A stretch of DNA of 63,064 nucleotides, filler included, from Asterionella formosa (taxonomy: Eukaryota), in the NCBI GenBank assembly GCA_002256025.1. It is 25 parts of 25 records of this genome, joined end to end, with 100 filler letters (N's around TTAATTAATTAA, not from the genome) between each part and the next. Parts side by side here need not be neighbours in the genome. Positions count along the whole stretch, not along the records: positions 59,571 to 60,670 come from NKIB01004351.1; positions 60,771 to 61,867 come from NKIB01004352.1; positions 61,968 to 63,064 come from NKIB01004353.1; 22 more parts are not named here. The stretch is one strand, 5' to 3'. Below are positions 59,471-63,064 of the stretch, in pieces. The notes under the pieces were generated by a model, which had not been told where the DNA came from, did no database searches, and worked only from the letters and a program-made list of their open reading frames with translations. The position numbers and the translations under genes were made by a program. Positions within the stretch are counted from its first letter, which is position 1; each line of letters starts with the position of its first letter.

Positions 59471-60770
59471 NNNNNNNNNNNNNNNNNNNNNNNNNNNNNN
59501 NNNNNNNNNNNNNNTTAATTAATTAANNNNNNNNNNNNNNNNNNNNNNNNNNNNNNNNNNNNNNNNNNNNTGCTTTTAAGGGTCGTCCCCATGTTGAAAA
59601 CATATATTGAGCACAGTTGTGGTTAAATGTTGTCTTTATGAATTCAGAGGGTCAAAAATCCTGGCGCAGCCATGACTTCATCTTTGTACCAACAGAACCT
59701 ACAATCTACATGAAAAAACCTGGCGCAGTCTTCTTACTTCGTCGGGAAAAATTTTGATGCTACAAGTGTGACCTTAAACAAATATCGGTATGACAAGAAG
59801 GAGAGGACACAGCCAGTGGTTATTCTTAATATATTCACAGTACGAACGCCATATTCTATTGTAATAAGGGGAATACGGGAAGCAATGCTGGTAGTGCAAA
59901 CCTACAGTTCCACAGTATGCACGTAGAAATGAGTACAGTTTCTCAGTACGAACGAAATAATTCCTATTGTAACAAGAAGGGAAAGACGGAAATACTGGTA
60001 GGGCAAACCTAGAGTCTCACACTTGTAACGATGACCTGGTACCTACCAGCCAGGAGTACCTGGTGGTACCATACAGTATAGCTATTTGTTAGTATGTCTG
60101 AGTGCAACGTCAAAAGACCCAAGGTACAAGGTACCAGGTACCAGGTACCAGGTAACAGGTACTCCCCTGGTACTAGCCCTGGTAGTATGTATCATAGTAG
60201 CCCTGAGTAGGCCTTGTATACCGGTACCTGGTCCCAGGTACCATACCTACTATTCATTAGCTGAGGTCAACACACTCAGCATCACGATGCCATTCCAGTC
60301 ATATTCACAATACACCAGGTATGTTTTCCATATATTTTGTATCTTCAGAATTCATACGAAATATAGTTTATGTAAAAGAATAAGAGAATTCATATTGGAT
60401 GCTGACAATATCGATGGTAAGGATGATTGTTGATATGCTTCATGCACCCACTTGCCGACAACCACATCGCGCTTCGATTTTCTCCATCAATTCATGCCCA
60501 ATAGCACTCCGAAGATTTGCAGTCGATAACACACACTAATTCAAATAGATATTTAGTTTAGCATTTCAAATTCAATATTAAATGTTTCGTTCCGTACCTG
60601 TTTTGTCCTCATTAGGGTTGGTTGTTGCTTGCATCCTCACGAATCATGTCGCGATATTTCTCGAGATCCANNNNNNNNNNNNNNNNNNNNNNNNNNNNNN
60701 NNNNNNNNNNNNNNTTAATTAATTAANNNNNNNNNNNNNNNNNNNNNNNNNNNNNNNNNNNNNNNNNNNN

Positions 60771-61867
60771 GTGCTCAAATCTTTGCAAATGAAGCGTATT
60801 TCGTAAAAGCGTACCCGATGGAGAAGAAGTCTGGCGCGGGTTTGGCGCTCCGACAATTCATTCGTGATTACGGAGCACCTGAGTACCTCACGTCTGACAG
60901 GGTGTCCGAACAGACTGGACCGAAAACGGAATTCATTAAGGAAGTATGGGATTGAACATCACGTGAGCGAAACTAAACAGCATCGACAGAATCGAGCGGA
61001 GTCAGTTATTCGTGAAGTGAAAAAGCGATGGTTTCGACAAATGATGAAGCGTCGGGTTCCGAAGCGTTTGTGGGATTACGGAATCGTGTGGGTGTGTGAA
61101 ACAATGTCTCTCACTGCTAACTCATCATTTGCGCTGGAAGGTCGGACTCCTATAGAACAAATCACAGGCGAGACACCCGACATATCCGAATACTTGGATT
61201 TCGGGTTCTACGATTGGGTGTGGTACAAGGATAATGCAGGGGTTGGCGAAAACATGTTCGGGCGCTGGCTTGGGGTGTCTCACCGAGTCGGTAACCTAAT
61301 GTCATATTGGATTCTAACCATTGCTTGTCGCGTTATCTCACGCACTACAGTGCAGCGTATCACTCACCTTGAACTGACAACTAGCGAGGTCAATGACAGA
61401 TGCAAGGAATACAATGAGAGGATAAAGGAAATAATACGTGACTACAACCACCAAAATGCAGGCGACGAGGAGGAGCAACAATTGCAGGATTGGGATGAAT
61501 ACTCGGATCTGCAGGACGACTCAGTAATGGCGAAGAGATAAACAATGTTGTGAGCGATCACCAAATACCAAATGCCGATGACACTTTCACGCCCGTTTTT
61601 TTCGAGGATACATACCTCAACAAAGAGATAGCGATAGCGAGGGGCGCTGGAGATGACAACGACGGTGTTCAGTTTGGCAGAGTCACCAAGAGATTGCGCG
61701 ACGCTGATGGTAGACCTATCGGCAAGGCTCACGAAAATCCTTTGCTTGACACCAGAGAGTATGAGGTCGAGTTCTTTGACGGACACACAGAGGCATTGTC
61801 TTCTAACCTTATTGCTCAGAATTTGTTTTCACAGATAGACGAGGAGGGCGAACGACACGTACTTCTC
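60771..61867 (+). mobile_element. Copia (CoDi-like) integrase and downstream pol fragment, frameshifted
   Basis: LRQFIRDYGAPEYLTSD, QNRAESVIREVKK, GRTPIEQITGETPDISEYLDF, GRWLGVSHRVG, NPLLDTREYEVEF. Frame breaks near 60945 and 61540. Confidence 0.88.
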
Positions 61868-61968
61868 NNNNNNNNNNNNNNNNNNNNNNNNNNNNNNNNN
61901 NNNNNNNNNNNTTAATTAATTAANNNNNNNNNNNNNNNNNNNNNNNNNNNNNNNNNNNNNNNNNNNNA

Positions 61969-62832
61969 AAAAGCACCAAACAAGATCAGCAAAAGCTACG
62001 ACGGGTGTTGGAATACATAAATGGAAGTATGGATGTGGAATACACCATTGGAGCCGACGACATGGGCAAGATGAGGTCGTGGGTGGATGCGGCTTTTGCC
62101 GTGCACCCTGACATGAAGAGCCACACCGGTGGCGTGATGTCTTTTGGAACTGGAGGCATCATATGCAAGTCGACCAAGCAGAAATTGAACACAAAGAGTT
62201 CGACGGAGGCTGAATTTGTGGGTGCCAGCGACTATCTCCCGAACACACTGTGGGTAAAAATGTTTCTTAAAGCACAGGGATACAAGATTCAAGAAAGTTT
62301 CTTCGAACAAGACAACGAGAGCGCAATTAAACTCGAGAAGAACGGACGAATCTCGGCAGGGCCAAAGTCTCGGCATATCAACATCCGCTATTTCTGGATT
62401 AAGGATCGATCGGTGGATGAGGGAATCACCATTCACCATTGTCCAACGTTGGAAATGTTGGGGGATTTTTTTACGAAACCACTGCAAGGAAACCTGTTCA
62501 GAACATTCCGAAATGTGCTTCTAGGAGCTGCGCACGTCGATACCCTGACTGCCAGTTCCTTGGCAACAGCCGAGGAGCGTGTTGGAAAAATGCGAGCTGA
62601 CTGCCACAGGACAGGCGTGAAGGGTATAGTGGACACGAGAGAGAACAGTACTACAGTTAAAACCGTACAGCCGCTACCAAGATTTACCTGGGCTGACGTG
62701 GTAAAAGGCACAACGCAAGGAAAAGCAATCAGAGGTCAGGAAAAAATGTTAAAGTGCAATGTGAGTACCGGTAATAAGAGTGTTTCGAGACCATTATCTC
62801 GAAACAATCCAGTTAGTAAAGTGAAAGTTTAA
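61969..62832 (+). mobile_element. Copia RNase H end of pol; ORF runs ~250 nt into the 3' LTR
   Basis: WVDAAFAVHPDMKSHTG, KLNTKSSTEAE, EQDNESAI, RHINIRYF, MLGDFFTKPLQG. Confidence 0.95.
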
Positions 62833-62937
62833 GTTTGACAACTTCCTCGTTGCTATCAATTTCATCAACTGTATTCGATTAACACAGTACTAGGTTCAAG
62901 GCCTACAATATGGTCGAATACGGTAGTTGTTACAACA
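62572..62937 (+). mobile_element. Polypurine tract (62572-62579) and 3' LTR (62580-62937, 358 bp)
   Basis: GAGGAGCG followed by TGTTG...CAACA. Boundaries confirmed by the TSD-flanked solo LTR at 30288-30639. Confidence 0.93.
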
Positions 62938-63064
62938 CAAGGTCCGCATTCACGGTATCTTCGACATGACCTTGTAGGAAATGACGAAGTAAAATACGGT
63001 GAGTGTGGTCACGATGCTGATCAAGCAGTACTCGAAGTCTCCATTTAACCACAACCCGATATGT

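Noticed and set aside
17714..61967. Regularly recurring TTAATTAATTAA palindrome in N runs
   Set aside because: Artificial six-frame-stop linker between contigs. ORFs ending in X..LIN and any gene neighbourhood across a spacer have no biological meaning.
21414..62937. One full-length copia element assembled from gag, integrase, RT and RNase H pieces
   Set aside because: Pieces are on separate contigs, differ in composition and include two distinct integrases and two Gags. Linkage cannot be shown.

Overview
This is not a continuous chromosome. It is 25 contigs (1-17713 and 33405-51088 are ~17.7 kb; the other 23 are ~1.1 kb) joined by artificial 100-bp spacers (44 N + TTAATTAATTAA + 44 N). The content points to a diatom-type (stramenopile) nuclear genome or MAG: short GT-AG introns, an ASAFAP-like plastid presequence and CoDi-type Ty1/copia fragments. 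Recognisable genes are DMAP1/SWC4, KRR1, a heat-shock factor, a CPPED1-like metallophosphoesterase, the C-terminus of a glutamate synthase large subunit, an ShK-domain prolyl 4-hydroxylase, a GDS/DxxH PC-esterase-like protein, a GT92-like glycosyltransferase, a Gln/Pro/Gly-rich zinc-knuckle protein and a Crinkler-type Ubl-NTPase-nuclease locus. One GC-rich contig encodes a bacterial GAF-PAS sensor and is probably a co-assembled bacterium. Mobile DNA is abundant: copia gag, integrase, RT and RNase H fragments, three copies of one LTR (one a solo LTR with a GATAC TSD), a TAA-flanked Harbinger-like element, a tRNA-derived dispersed repeat, a hairpin-rich dispersed repeat and a MITE family with CC(A/G/T)GCAAGTTGCGGT termini. 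The most interesting signal is the pervasive TA-CCGG-TA / TA-CCAG-TA / TA-CCWGG-TA motif, often stacked in arrays upstream of genes. Alignment of the three LTR copies shows such motifs as indels at a TA, and their cores match the MITE termini. This suggests genome-wide transposon-excision scarring (inference). All calls are from reading motifs and aligning by eye; no searches were run.
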